A stretch of 64,000 nucleotides of DNA, taken from positions 11,967-75,966 of the forward strand of contig NIVC01002607.1 in NCBI GenBank assembly GCA_002269645.1, written 5' to 3'. Position numbers and translations under genes: made by a program. Below are positions 46,915-59,400 of the stretch, piece after piece; within the stretch, counting starts at the first letter, position 1, and each line of letters begins with the position of its first letter. Source of the stretch: Macrostomum lignano (lineage: Eukaryota). The notes beneath the pieces are model-generated. The model did no database searches. It saw only the letters and a program-made list of their open reading frames with translations, and was not told where the DNA came from.

Positions 46915-47509
46915 CCTTCGTTGCTCGAGTGAGATCAGGCAGCTGTGTCTGTGCAAAAATTATTCAAAGTTTATTATACAATGTTACATAAATACATTTT
47001 CCTCAATGCAGTTTTATCTTCCACCAATCGGAGACAGAAAGCGAATGAGAAACTAATTATTTAGATAGAAGCAGAAATCAATAAATTGGGTAAAATTAAT
47101 TAATCAACGATGCCGTTGAGCTTGCCTCGCGGCTTCCGAACTCCATTCACTTGAAGATCTTAATCTTCGTGCGCAATTATAGGGGAATGCCTGAAAAAAT
47201 CTATATATAAGAAGAGATCGAGTCCCCCCCCCTTAATCCTATAGCTATACTTCAATGTGAACTTTATAGCTTAGCTAATCTTGGTTTAGAAATTCGTTGT
47301 GCAACTATCGAAAGTCAATTTGGGATTAAATGTGTGGGTTTTATTGTACCTTTAATACAAGGATTTTCATACCTTTTTTGATCAAGAGACTTCTAGACAA
47401 GGGCCTGTAGTAGTGAGATTTTTTGGCAAAGTTTGGTAGACTTTAGTAAAAATTTACTGCTCCTGTAGTAATCCCTTACTCCCCGTTACCTCCCGGTTGT
47501 GTCTCTCGT

Positions 47510-49530
47510 TAGTCACTGCTATAATCTTAGCAGTGACTCTCGTTAGTCCTAGTTGTGTCTCTCGTTAGTCACAGTTGTGTCTCTCGTTAGTCCCAGTTGT
47601 GTCTCGCGTTAGTCCTAGTTGTGCCTCTCGTTAGTCCTAGCTGTGTCTTTCGTTAGTCCCAGTTGTGTCTCTCGTTAGTCCTAGCTGTGTCTTTCGTTAG
47701 TCCCAGTTGTGTCTTTCGTTAGTCACAGTTGTGTCATTCGTTAGTCCCAGTTGTGTCTCTCGTTAGTCCTAGTTGTGTCTTTCGTTAGTCCCAGTTGTGT
47801 CTTTCGTTAGTCCCAGTTGTGTCTTTCGTTAGTCACAGTTGTGTCATTCGTTAGTCACAGTTGTGTCATTCGTTAGTCCCAGTTGTGTCTCTCGTTAGTC
47901 CTAGTTGTGTCTTTCGTTAGTCCCAGTTGTGTCTTTCGTTAGTCCTAGTTGTGTCATTCGTTAGTCACAGTTGTGTCATTCGTTAGTCCCAGTTGTGTCT
48001 CTCGTTAGTCCTAGTTGTGTCATTCGTTAGTCACAGTTGTGTCATTCGTTAGTCCCAGTTGTGTCTCTCGTTAGTCCTAGTTGTGTCTTTCGTTAGTCCC
48101 AGCTGTGTCTTTCGTTAGTCCCAGTTGTGTCTTTCGTTAGTCACAGTTGTGTCATTCGTTAGTCCCAGTTGTGTCTCTCGTTAGTCCTAGTTGTGTCTTT
48201 CGTTAGTCCCAGTTGTGTCTTTCGTTAGTCCCAGTTGTGTCTTTCGTTAGTCACAGTTGTGTCATTCGTTAGTCACAGTTGTGTCATTCGTTAGTCCCAG
48301 TTGTGTCTCTCGTTAGTCCTAGTTGTGTCTTTCGTTAGTCCAGTTGTGTCTTTCGTTAGTCCTAGTTGTGTCATTCGTTAGTCACAGTTGTGTCATTCGT
48401 TAGTCCCAGTTGTGTCTCTCGTTAGTCCTAGTTGTGTCATTCGTTAGTCACAGTTGTGTCATTCGTTAGTCCCAGTTGTGTCTCTCGTTAGTCCTAGTTG
48501 TGTCTTTCGTTAGTCCCAGTTGTGTCTTTCGTTAGTCCTAGTTGTGTCATTCGTTAGTCACAGTTGTGTCATTCGTTAGTCCCAGTTGTGTCTCTCGTTA
48601 GTCCTAGTTGTGTCATTCGTTAGTCACAGTTGTGTCATTCGTTAGTCCCAGTTGTGTCATTCGTTAGTCACAGTTGTGTCATTCGTTAGTCACAGTTGTG
48701 TCATTCGTTAGTCCCAGTTGTGTCTCTCGTTAGTCCTAGTTGTGTCTTTCGTTAGTCCCAGTTGTGTCTTTCGTTAGTCCTAGTTGTGTCATTCGTTAGT
48801 CACAGTTGTGTCATTCGTTAGTCCCAGTTGTGTCTCTCGTTAGTCCTAGTTGTGTCTTTCGTTAGTCCCAGTTGTGTCTTTCGTTAGTCACAGTTGTGTC
48901 ATTCGTTAGTCCCAGTTGTGTCTCTCGTTAGTCCTAGTTGTGTCTTTCGTTAGTCCCAGTTGTGTCTTTCGTTAGTCCTAGTTGTGTCATTCGTTAGTCA
49001 CAGTTGTGTCATTCGTTAGTCCCAGTTGTGTCTCTCGTTAGTCCTAGTTGTGTCTTTAGTTAGTCCTAGTTGTGTCTCTCGTTAGTCCTAGTTGTGTCAT
49101 TCGTTAGTCCCAGTTGTGTCTCTCGTTAGTCCTAGTTGTGTCTTTCGTTAGTCCCAGTTGTGTCTTTCGTTAGTCACAGTTGTGTCATTCGTTAGTCCCA
49201 GTTGTGTCTCTCGTTAGTCCTAGTTGTGTCTTTCGTTAGTCCCAGTTGTGTCTTTCGTTAGTCCTAGTTGTGTCATTCGTTAGTCACAGTTGTGTCATTC
49301 GTTAGTCCCAGTTGTGTCTCTCGTTAGTCCTAGTTGTGTCTTTTGTTAGTGCTAGTTGTGTCTCTCGTTAGTCCTAGTTGCGTCTCTCGTTAGTCCTAGT
49401 TGTGTCTTTTGTTAGTCCTAGTTGTGTCTTTCGTTAGTCCTAGTTGTGTCTTTCGTTAGTCCCAGTTGTGTCTCTCGTTAGTCCCAGTTGTGTCTCTCGT
49501 TAGTCCCAGTTGTGTCTCTCGTTAGTCACT
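47510..49530. repeat. 22-bp satellite (CGTTAGTCCCAGTTGTGTCTCT)
   Basis: About 90 copies with a few recurring variants. Confidence 0.95.
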
Positions 49531-50557
49531 GCTATATCTCAGCTGTGTCTCTAGAGTGAGTCACCGCGCTAACTCCCAGCTGTGTCATTCATTATTCGGC
49601 ATGTGTGTCTAATATACACACCTATTTGTGTATTGTTCAAGGTCAAGAGAACATAACGATGCTAATAAATACTAATTATATCTTCTTAAGTACTTGCATA
49701 AGCGACACGAAATTGGTGCGCCCAGGTCCTGCAGAATCACTCACCAATATCGCGTATTAAAGGCGTTGGTTAAACAAAAATATTTTAGCGCCTGAACAAA
49801 GAAAATTTCAAAGGCTCTCTTTGTCTTCGCAGTGTCGGCTCACTCAGCAGCTTACCTTAAAATGGAACAAATTCAAGCCACCATTTTTTTAAATTGCTAA
49901 TTGCGCATGACGATGTTGACAGCTGCTATTAAGAAGCGCGCCTGCTCATTAGTTGAACTCTCCACACAGCTGTATATAGAGAGATTTTCGACAGTTCTTC
50001 AGACGGGTTTTTTAAAATAGCTACTGGTTAAGTAAGACAGCCTTTGAAATAATATATTGCTACCGGTATATGTGTGTGTGCGTGTGTGTGTTAACTGGCT
50101 GGCCCTATATAATCGAATTTCACGCACGCGATATTATATATATGCACACTCATACATTTATTTGTATTGAAGCTTTTACTAAGCCAAACAACTCCTTTCT
50201 GCTCGTATATTATAGCATAAGCAGCAACCCCCCTTATTTAGCTGCTTTTAATTCGTTGGTTTCTTTCTATACTCTCGCTCTTTCTGGGCCGCCCAGTTGC
50301 TGAGAGCTGAGAGAGCGCGCGCTCGCGCCACTTAAAAAGCGCTGATTGCTGCCTTTTGTGTTTCGTATATTCAACTGTTCCGGGGCGGAGTGGTGTGTAG
50401 AGTTTTGGCAGTTAAAATGGAGTTTTTTTCATACTGCAGGCGCCTCAGAGAGGGTTACACAGAGCTGCTGTGAGCTAATAGCCTTTTGACAGAATGTAAA
50501 GTAGGGTCTAGCCAAAAATATGAAACCATCTCTTGCCAGGTTGCTTCGTACTACTAC

Positions 50558-51609
50558 CAAGGACTTCTAGACTAACAGGACGTAAAACTCAAAGATCGTG
50601 CAATTTTTTGGAGGCCACGATTTCCTGGAAAAAATACACTGCGAAGATAGGAAAAAATCAGTTTTTCGTCACAAAATCTGTGATTGTATTTGATCTGGGG
50701 CAGTGAAGACTACCATTCTTTTAATTTAACATGCACAATATGTTAATCTATTATATTTTCATATAGCTGTGTAGTGAAGTTTTCATTTTCATATTGTTTT
50801 CACTTTATTTCATAAGCCCAAAGTTGCAAACTCACAAGTGGCATTAGCCAAATATCAAATTCAAGAAAAGAAAAGCTATTCAAATTTGTAATATAATAAT
50901 ATTTTTAGCCTTTAAAATAAAAGTTATAAAAGGACTAATCAATGTTTTTTCTTATAGATACCTAGTAAAAATGGTTAGGGCCTATTTTTGTGATTAAGTC
51001 TATTCTTCTTAAATATATTAGTCCTAAATATAGGCTTGGCTTAAAAACTGATAATACAGCTTTCTCAAGCCTAGGTAACCAACCATATGAAACTATTTAT
51101 TGGTAATCTATATATAATAAAAAATCTAAATATACTAATCTCTAAGTCATTGCCTAAATTTAATTACTTATTAGGCTAGATAGTGTAGTGATAGGTCTAG
51201 TTCTAGTAGGCCTAGGAATTAGTATAGTTACTAAACCTACAATAATAGCTTAAGACTAAGAGTACCTACATGCAATGTTTTTATACTTTATTTTAAAAAG
51301 AACAACACAAAAAGTTTGGCTAATGCCACTTGTGAGTTTGCAACTTTGGGCTTATGAAATAAAGTGAAAACAATATGAAAATGAAAACTTCACTACACAG
51401 CTATATGAAAATATAATAGAGTAACATATTGTGCATGTTAAATTAAAAGAATGGTAGTCTTCACTGCCCCAGATCAAATACAATCACAGATTTTGTGACG
51501 AAAAACTGATTTTTTCCTATCTTCGCAGTGTATTTTTTCCAGGAAATCGTGGCCTCCAAAAACTTGCACGATCTTTGAGTTTTACGTCCTGTTAGTCTAG
51601 AAGTCCTTG
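50558..51609. mobile_element. Non-autonomous foldback DNA transposon (295-bp TIRs, 8-bp TSD ACTACTAC), possibly P superfamily
   Basis: 50558-50852 and 51315-51609 are inverted with only ~2 mismatches seen; termini CAAGG...CCTTG; ACTACTAC at 50550-50557 and 51610-51617; no ORF inside. Confidence 0.88.
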
Positions 51610-52739
51610 ACTACTACTCGTATTAGTAGTTCGACAATAAAAAGTTTCTATATTGGCTAAAACTATATAGGTAGCTATGAATGTACAAGACCGTGAGACT
51701 ATAATACCACTGCTGACGGGGGGCTCAAGGCCGAGAGGCCCCTATCGCAACCCCCAAGCCAAAAACAGAAAGGCGTTAGCCTTGGGGCTGCGCCCTCCCT
51801 CGTCAGCAGAGCATGTAGAAGAGCTTGCCAGACTCCCAGACAAATGCGCGTAGGTCACGGTGTTGATCACGGACGGACGTCGGTTTGGTCGGTAGTGAAA
51901 TGTCTCCGGAAGAAGCCATGACCGGTAGTGACCATGTACATGTACTTGTACATCTCTGAGGTCTGCATTTTTACGTCCTTTCCAGTTTATGACAGGCATT
52001 GCTATTCGTGTTTGCCAATGTTCGGAGCAGTTGTTCGATCCAGTGCAACTGGTGTTTAATGGATCCAAACTACATATATTTGTGAATGACCCGGTTGACT
52101 CTGAGGATTTCGGGCTATTGCTGCCTCGTTTGGCGAGTTGGTCCAGTACCACACTAATTAATTCGTTGCCAAGGATATTGCTCTGTCCTGGTGTCCAGAC
52201 ATTATCCTATATTTTCTGAAACAGTCTGAAACTGCATTATTTATTTTCATGACTTTCATGGTTGAAAGCGAAGCAGCTAGTACAAGACCGTCAGTGTACT
52301 ATCACAAAACAAATGCAGAGGCATCCCGCTGAAATCCCGTACAGCAATCCGACCTCGGCGACGTCTGGCCGACGTTTTTCCAAGTTCTTTTGTCGGCTCT
52401 TAAATTACATTGTAGTGGTTGTACTTAGTGCTGCTTAGAGGTGGTCTGGAGATGGCCTGGTAGGTCTTGAAATCCCACCGCTGCCACCAATGAAGTATAG
52501 GTTGTTTAGTTGTTACCTTGCGGGTGCTCTCGCAGGTCTCCAGTAGAATCGCTGCCACCAGAGGGAGTACTGCTGACGTTCTCGGGCTGTCTCGGGCGGC
52601 CGGGCAGACCTCTTAGCGCTTGGCGGTGACCTCTAGCTGGCGATTTCTTAGAATTGCTACTCGTAGCGTAGGTAGTGCTGCCACAAGCTTCACAGAGCCG
52701 AAGCCTTCGGTGAGGTGCTGAGCTCCACCTAACGGTGGA

Positions 52740-52903
52740 GGACTAGTCAGGCATTCCACGTACTACAGGAAAACTACGCGACTAGACCATGGGTCCACGG
52801 TGGCATGGACTCGACTAGTTATGGTTATCGTGGACCATAGCATGGTCTAGTCGCGTAGTTTTCCTGTACGAGTTGTAGTGGAATTCGAATGCCTGACGAG
52901 TCC
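52740..52903. other. Long imperfect inverted repeat (28-bp perfect core stem)
   Basis: 52764-52791 pairs perfectly with 52841-52868; inner GGTCCACG/CGTGGACC and outer GGACT.GTCAGGCATT stems extend it. Confidence 0.8.
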
Positions 52904-54610
52904 GCGCAAATGGGCTGCAGACATGCAGCCAGAGGAGGCAGGGGTACGGTCCTGGCGCACGTGATGTCCATAAACACGAGCCCACACTCCAAGCCTAACA
53001 TTATTAGTTGAGTGATTTTGGGGCACACTCCAAATTTGGAGGTGCCCACCAGAGAAAGAAACAGAGGCAGGCCAGACCAAGCTGTCTGGGCACTGCAAAA
53101 CGGGAGCACGAGACAAAAGGGGCAAACGAGGACAAACCGACAGACAGACAACCGGGCAAGGGACAGGCCAGGGGACAGGCGAGAAGGGACAGGCAACTGC
53201 CAGCGGCAGACAGAAGCCTGGGGCGAGGGCGAGGGAAACAGCTGACTAGTGCGGCGCCTAACTAAACTATAGCGACTCACTATACAACATGTACTGTATG
53301 AATCTAGCGGTTGTTTTGGTTTGGGGTTAAACGGTTTTCTGCGATCACGTACAACTGCAGTAGAAATACATTACATGATGTACATCTATGATCTATTTAA
53401 CTATTTTCTTAGAAATGAGCTGGAGAAAGGTAAAGGAACGTATATTTTTTGCAATAATCGCCAGTGTATTCACAGTAGCTTGCTCTCGAGAAATCGGATT
53501 TTTCCAGCACAGATTATATTTGATCCCTACCGATTAGCAGTCTATACAAAACTCCCTTCAGCGCTATGCTTTCTATAGAGCATGCTTATTTCACTAGCGA
53601 TTTGCCAAATATATGCTCCATTCTACTTCCAGCCTCCAGCTCTTTTATCAGAAAATCTAGTGTATAATAGTAGAGGGTTATTCTATTCAGTTGTCAGCTT
53701 CTTTAATTAATAATAATAACCGCAAAACATCGATTATTAATTTCCGTTTCAATTCATATTATTCCCGAATACGCTCCGTTTAACGATGATCAACAATAGC
53801 GATGGTTGTGTTTTATTTTAATGGTTTTATTACTAGCGATTCGGCTTGATTTTATCTTATGCTTTTATCGACTATAACTAAATCACAGCATCTAAGTACA
53901 AAAAAGCCGAAGAAGATTGAAAAATACATTTAATAAGGTTTTTAGTGCGTTATATTTTTAGTCTACAGATTAAGCTAGTTTTTTTACAGATATTTATATT
54001 TTACTAGGTTTAACTTTTTAATAAAATTAAACGGTGTCATATTTTTAAAGTAACCTTAAAATTATACATATATTGATAAAGAAGTAGTCATGACAGCGTC
54101 GTTTGTTAGCAGTAGCGAATAGCATCCGAAAGTTCCCTAATCACTGTTCCATCTTAAATTTAAAATTAGGTTGCAAAATCGCACCCAAAAATCAGAAGAG
54201 TGGTAAATCAAATAAGTTGAAATAACAAAAAAAGCAGTTAACAACCTGTAAGTGTAATTTTTCTGTAGGGCCTAGGCCTAGCTAGGCCCCAAAATCACTC
54301 AACTAATTATGTTAGGCTTGGCCATAGCCAAAATTCATGAATGGGCTCATTAGGCTATCCTCGCTCATATAAACGCATAATATGCCCTAGTCACTATTAA
54401 GCCTTAAGCCTAGCGAATGCCTTTTTACAAAATTGGTCTAGAATCATCATAGCTTATAGGCCTGGTTAGAAAGTCAAGAAAGGTGGCGCAGGTGTGCTGG
54501 AATAAATTTTAGAGGGACAATCTTTGCCTCACCTCTGTGCCGTATGTGTGCCATATGTGCTAGTTGGGCAGCTTGGTATATTAGAATGCACAAACCCAAC
54601 TTGAATGGGT

Positions 54611-54867
54611 AATGGCTAGAGTTCTAGCACTGGAACCTGTTTTCTAATGGCTATGGATCTGGCAGTCTTCTGCAGGCAGTTTGAGTTATCTAATATATAA
54701 TTAAGTCTTTGAACATTAGAAGTATCTTGTTTTGAATCTTATATTGAACAAAATCCTAATATCAACCACCCTTAAAAAAGTAAAGGCAAAAAAATAATAG
54801 GCCTATGTTTCTGCTATATTATACCTATAAATTGCATTACTAGAATACCTCTATGTATCTATCTATC

Positions 54868-54911
<44 letters not shown>

Positions 54912-54967
54912 ATTACTGGATCTATAGCCATTAAAAAATGGGTTCTGGTGCCAGAACTCTAGCCATT
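54611..54967. mobile_element. Possible decayed MITE (~50-bp imperfect inverted ends, internal (TATC)n)
   Basis: AATGGCTAGAGTTCT.GCAC..GAACC at 54611 is inverted at 54917-54967; no TSD found. Confidence 0.35.
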
Positions 54968-55299
54968 GCCACTTGAATATGCAGCTAGCTAGACTAGCAA
55001 TGGGTGGATCATAAGCAATGAGCTTAGAGTACTATGTGCAGTGCCATAGGCTTAGGCCTATCTATTTTCTTTCCTTGAAGTACTTTACCATGGCGGCATG
55101 GCCTATTCCATATATTTTAATATTGTGAGATAAGGCTAAGCTTTGATGAGCAAGGCAAGCTACTTGATAATGACATCAAGCTTAGGTATGCAACTGGAGT
55201 GCTCTTTGTCTTCAAAGGATTCATCACCTAGTTTATAGGGCACCACTAGCAATCTACGCCCCCCGTTGGGAAGCCAAAGAAATGCAATACACATTTTTT

Positions 55300-56270
55300 T
55301 AATAAGCTACATGTATCCTTGAAATCTTAAAAAATCTCCTGTCAAACCTTGTAAGCCTTGACATGTCAGTTATCCCCCCCCACAAGCTTTAACATATCAA
55401 CTTCCCCCCTTGACATCTCAGCAATGCCCCCAATAAGCCTTGGAAATCTAAAAATATCTGTCAACCTTCTAACCCTAACCCTAGCCTAACCCTAACCCTA
55501 ACCCTAACCCTAACCCTAACCTAACCCTAAAGCATTGAAATTTCAGTAATTCTCCCTAAGAGTCATTATAGCACTACTACAGCATTATAGCGATTCCTTG
55601 CAAGCCTCAACATCGTAGGGATTCCCAAATGAATCTCTTAACTTCGACATGAAGCTTCTTTTATTTTTTACATTACGCTTTTTTATCAGCGATCCCTCCC
55701 CTGAGGAGGCATCAAATAATGTAATAAAAAGTTTTCAATAAACTACATGTAGCTTCTGACTTTAGCCTTGAAATCTCATTTATACCCCCGTGAGCCTTGA
55801 CATCTCAGCTATTCCCCCGTAAGCCTTGACATGTCAGCAATGGCCCCCATAAACCTTGAAATCTAAAAAATCCCCTGTTAACCTTGAAACCCGATAAAAT
55901 ATAACCCTCAACCCACACCTGACCTAAACCTAACTTTAACCCAACCTAAAGCCTTGAAATCTCAGCAATTCTTCTCCCCTAAGCCTTAACATTTTAGTGA
56001 TTCTTTCTTTAAGAATCACAGCACTATAACGATTTCCACCAAGCTTTGACATCGTAGCAATTCCCAAATGAATCTTTTAACTTCGACATGACTTTTCTTT
56101 TATGTATACATAGTGCTACTTTTATTTTTTACATGACTTTTCTTCTATCAGCGCCCCCCCGTGACGAGCCAACAAAGAATGCAATAAAAAAATGGAGTAA
56201 AGTACATGAACTTTGAAGTAGCTTCTGACTTTTGCTTTGACATCTCAGAAACCCCCCCCCCCCCGTAATC
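55300..56270. repeat. Two diverged tandem copies of a ~480-bp element; the first contains (CCCTAA)~10 at 55469-55530
   Basis: Shared blocks (AGCCTTGACAT.TCAG, ATTCCCAAATGAATCT.TTAACTTCGACATGA, GTAGCTTCTGACTTT) recur ~480 bp apart. Confidence 0.7.
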
Positions 56271-56419
56271 TCAGTTATTCTCTGAGAGCCTTGACGTCTC
56301 AGTTTTTCTCCCCAGCACAGCATTATAGTTGCATTTAATTTTTACATGAACCCTTCATGTCTGACATGACGTTTCTTTTATTCTACCGTGACGCTTCTTA
56401 ATTTTTTAAATGACACTTT

Positions 56420-59400
56420 CATTAGTTTTTAAATGAGGCTTCTATGATTTTTTCTTGACGCTTCTATGATTTTTACATGACGCTTCTATGATTTTTTACA
56501 TGACGCTTCTATGATTGTTTACATGACGCTTCTATGATTTTTTACATGACGCTTCTATGATTGTTTACATGACGCTTCTATGATTTTTTACATGACGCTT
56601 CTATGATTGTTTACATGACGCTTCTATGATTTTTTACATGACGCTTCTATGATTGTTTACATGACGCTTTATGATTTTTTACATGACGCTTCTAGATTTT
56701 TTACATGACGCTTCTACGATTTTTTACATGACGCTTCTATGATTGTTTACATGAGGCTTCTATGATTGTTTACATGACGCTTCTATGATTGTTTACATGA
56801 CGCTTCTAAGATTTTTTACATGACGCTTCTACGATTTTTTACATGACGCTTTATGATTGTTTACATGACGCTTCTACGATTTTTATATGACGCTTCTATG
56901 ATTTTTACATGACGCTTCTATGATTTTTTACATAACGCTTCTATGATTGTTTACATGACGCTTCTACGATTTTTACATGACGCTTCTATGATTGTTTACA
57001 TGACGCTTCTACGATTTTTATATGACGCTTCTATGATTTTTTACATGACGCTTCTACGATTTTTATATGACGCTTCTATGATTGTTTACATGACGCTTCT
57101 ATGATTGTTTACATGACGCTTCTAATGATTTTTACATGACGCTTCTATGATTTTTTACATGACGCTTCTATGATTGTTTACATGACGCTTCTATGATTTT
57201 TACATGACGCTTCTATGATTGTTTGCATGACGCTTCTATGATTGTTTACATGACGCTTTTATGATTGTTTACATGACGCTCTACGATTTTTTACATGACG
57301 CTTCTATGATTTTTTACATGACGCTTCTATGATTGTTTACATGACGCTTCTATGATTTTTTACATGACGCTTCTATGATTGTTTACATGACGCTTCTATG
57401 ATTGTTTACATGACGCTTCTAGATTTTTACATGACGCTTCTATGATTGTTTACATGACGCTTCTACGATTTTTACATGACGCTTCTATGATTGTTTACAT
57501 GACGCTTCTACGATTTTTATATGACGCTTCTATGATTTTTACATGACGCTTCTACGATTTTTATATGACGCTTCTATGATTGTTTACATGACGCTTCTAT
57601 GATTGTTTACATGACGCTTCTAGATTTTTACATGACGCTTCTATGATTTTTACATGACGCTTCTATGATTGTTTACATGACGCTTCTACGATTTTTACAT
57701 GACGCTTCTATGATTGTTTACATGACGCTTCTATGATTGTTTACATGACGCTTTATGATTGTTTACATGACGCCTCTACGATTTTTTACATGACGCTTCT
57801 ATGATTGTTTACATGACGCTTCTATGATTTTTTACATGACGCTTCTACGATTTTTTACATGACGCTTCTATGATTGTTTACATGACGCTTCTATGATTGT
57901 TTACATGACGCTTCTAAGATTTTTTACATGACGCTTCTACGATTTTTTACGTGACGCTTTTATGATTGTTTACATGACGCTTCTACGATTTTTATATGAC
58001 GCTTCTATGATTTTTTACATGACGCTTCTATGATTTTTTACATGACGCTTCTATGATTGTTTACATGACGCTTCTATGATTGTTTACATGACGCTTCTAT
58101 GATTTTTACATGACGCTTCTATGATTTTTACATGACGCTTCTATGATTGTTTACATGACGCTTCTGATTTTTACATGACGCTTCTATGATTGTTTACATG
58201 ACGCTTCTATGATTGTTTACATGACGCTTCTATGATTGTTTACATGACGCTTCTATGATTTTTTACATGACGCTTCTATGATTGTTTACATGACGCTTCT
58301 ATGATTTTTTACATGACGCTTCTATGATTGTTTACATGACGCTTCTATGATTTTTTACATGACGCTTCTAGATTTTTTACATGACGCTTCTATGATTTTT
58401 ACATGACGCTTCTATGATTGTTTACATGACGCTTCTATGATTGTTTACATGACGCTTCTATGATTGTTTACATGACGCTTCTAGATTTTTTACATGACGC
58501 TTCTATGATTTTTTACATGACGCTTCTATGATTGTTTACATGACGCTTCTACGATTTTTATATGACGCTTCTATGATTTTTTACATGACGCTTCTATGAT
58601 TTTTTACATGACGCTTCTATGATTGTTTACATGACGCTTCTATGATTGTTTACATGACGCTTCTATGATTTTTTACATGACGCTTCTATGATTGTTTACA
58701 TGACGCTTCTATGATTTTTTACATGACGCTTCTATGATTGTTTACATGACGCTTCTATGATTGTTTACATGACGCTTCTATGATTGTTTACATGACGCTT
58801 CTATGATTTTTTACATGACGCTTCTATGATTTTTTACATGACGCTTTTATGATTTTTTTACATGACGCTTCTATGATTGTTTACATGACGCTTCTATGAT
58901 TGTTTACATGACGCTTCTATGATTTTTTACATGACGCTTCTATGATTGTTTACATGACGCTTTATGATTTTTTACATGACGCTTCTAGATTTTTTACATG
59001 ACGCTTCTGATTTTTACATGACGCTTCTAGATTGTTTACATGACGCTTCTATGATTGTTTACATGACGCTTCTATGATTTTTACATGACGCTTCTAGATT
59101 TTTTACATGACGCTTCTAGATTTTTACATGACGCTTCTATGATTGTTTACATGACGCTTCTATGATTTTTACATGACGCTTCTATGATTTTTTACATGAC
59201 GCTTCTATGATTTTTACATGACGCTTCTATGATTGTTTACATGACGCTTCTATGATTGTTTACATGACGCTTCTATGATTTTTACATGACGCTTCTATGA
59301 TTTTTTACATGACGCTTCTATGATTTTTACATGACGCTTCTATGATTTTTACATGACGCTTCTATGATTGTTTACATGACGCTTCTATGATTTTTACATG

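Noticed and set aside
52889-52910. Hammerhead ribozyme (CTGACGAGTCC)
   Set aside because: No nearby GGAC-GAAA partner to close stem II; the segment is explained as the outer arm of the hairpin.
51742-53280. ORFs of 76-151 aa in the GC-rich block
   Set aside because: No RT, recombinase or other motif recognised; frames on both strands are similarly open, as expected from GC content.
55469-55530. True telomere
   Set aside because: Only about 10 imperfect CCCTAA units, internal, and embedded in a duplicated element.
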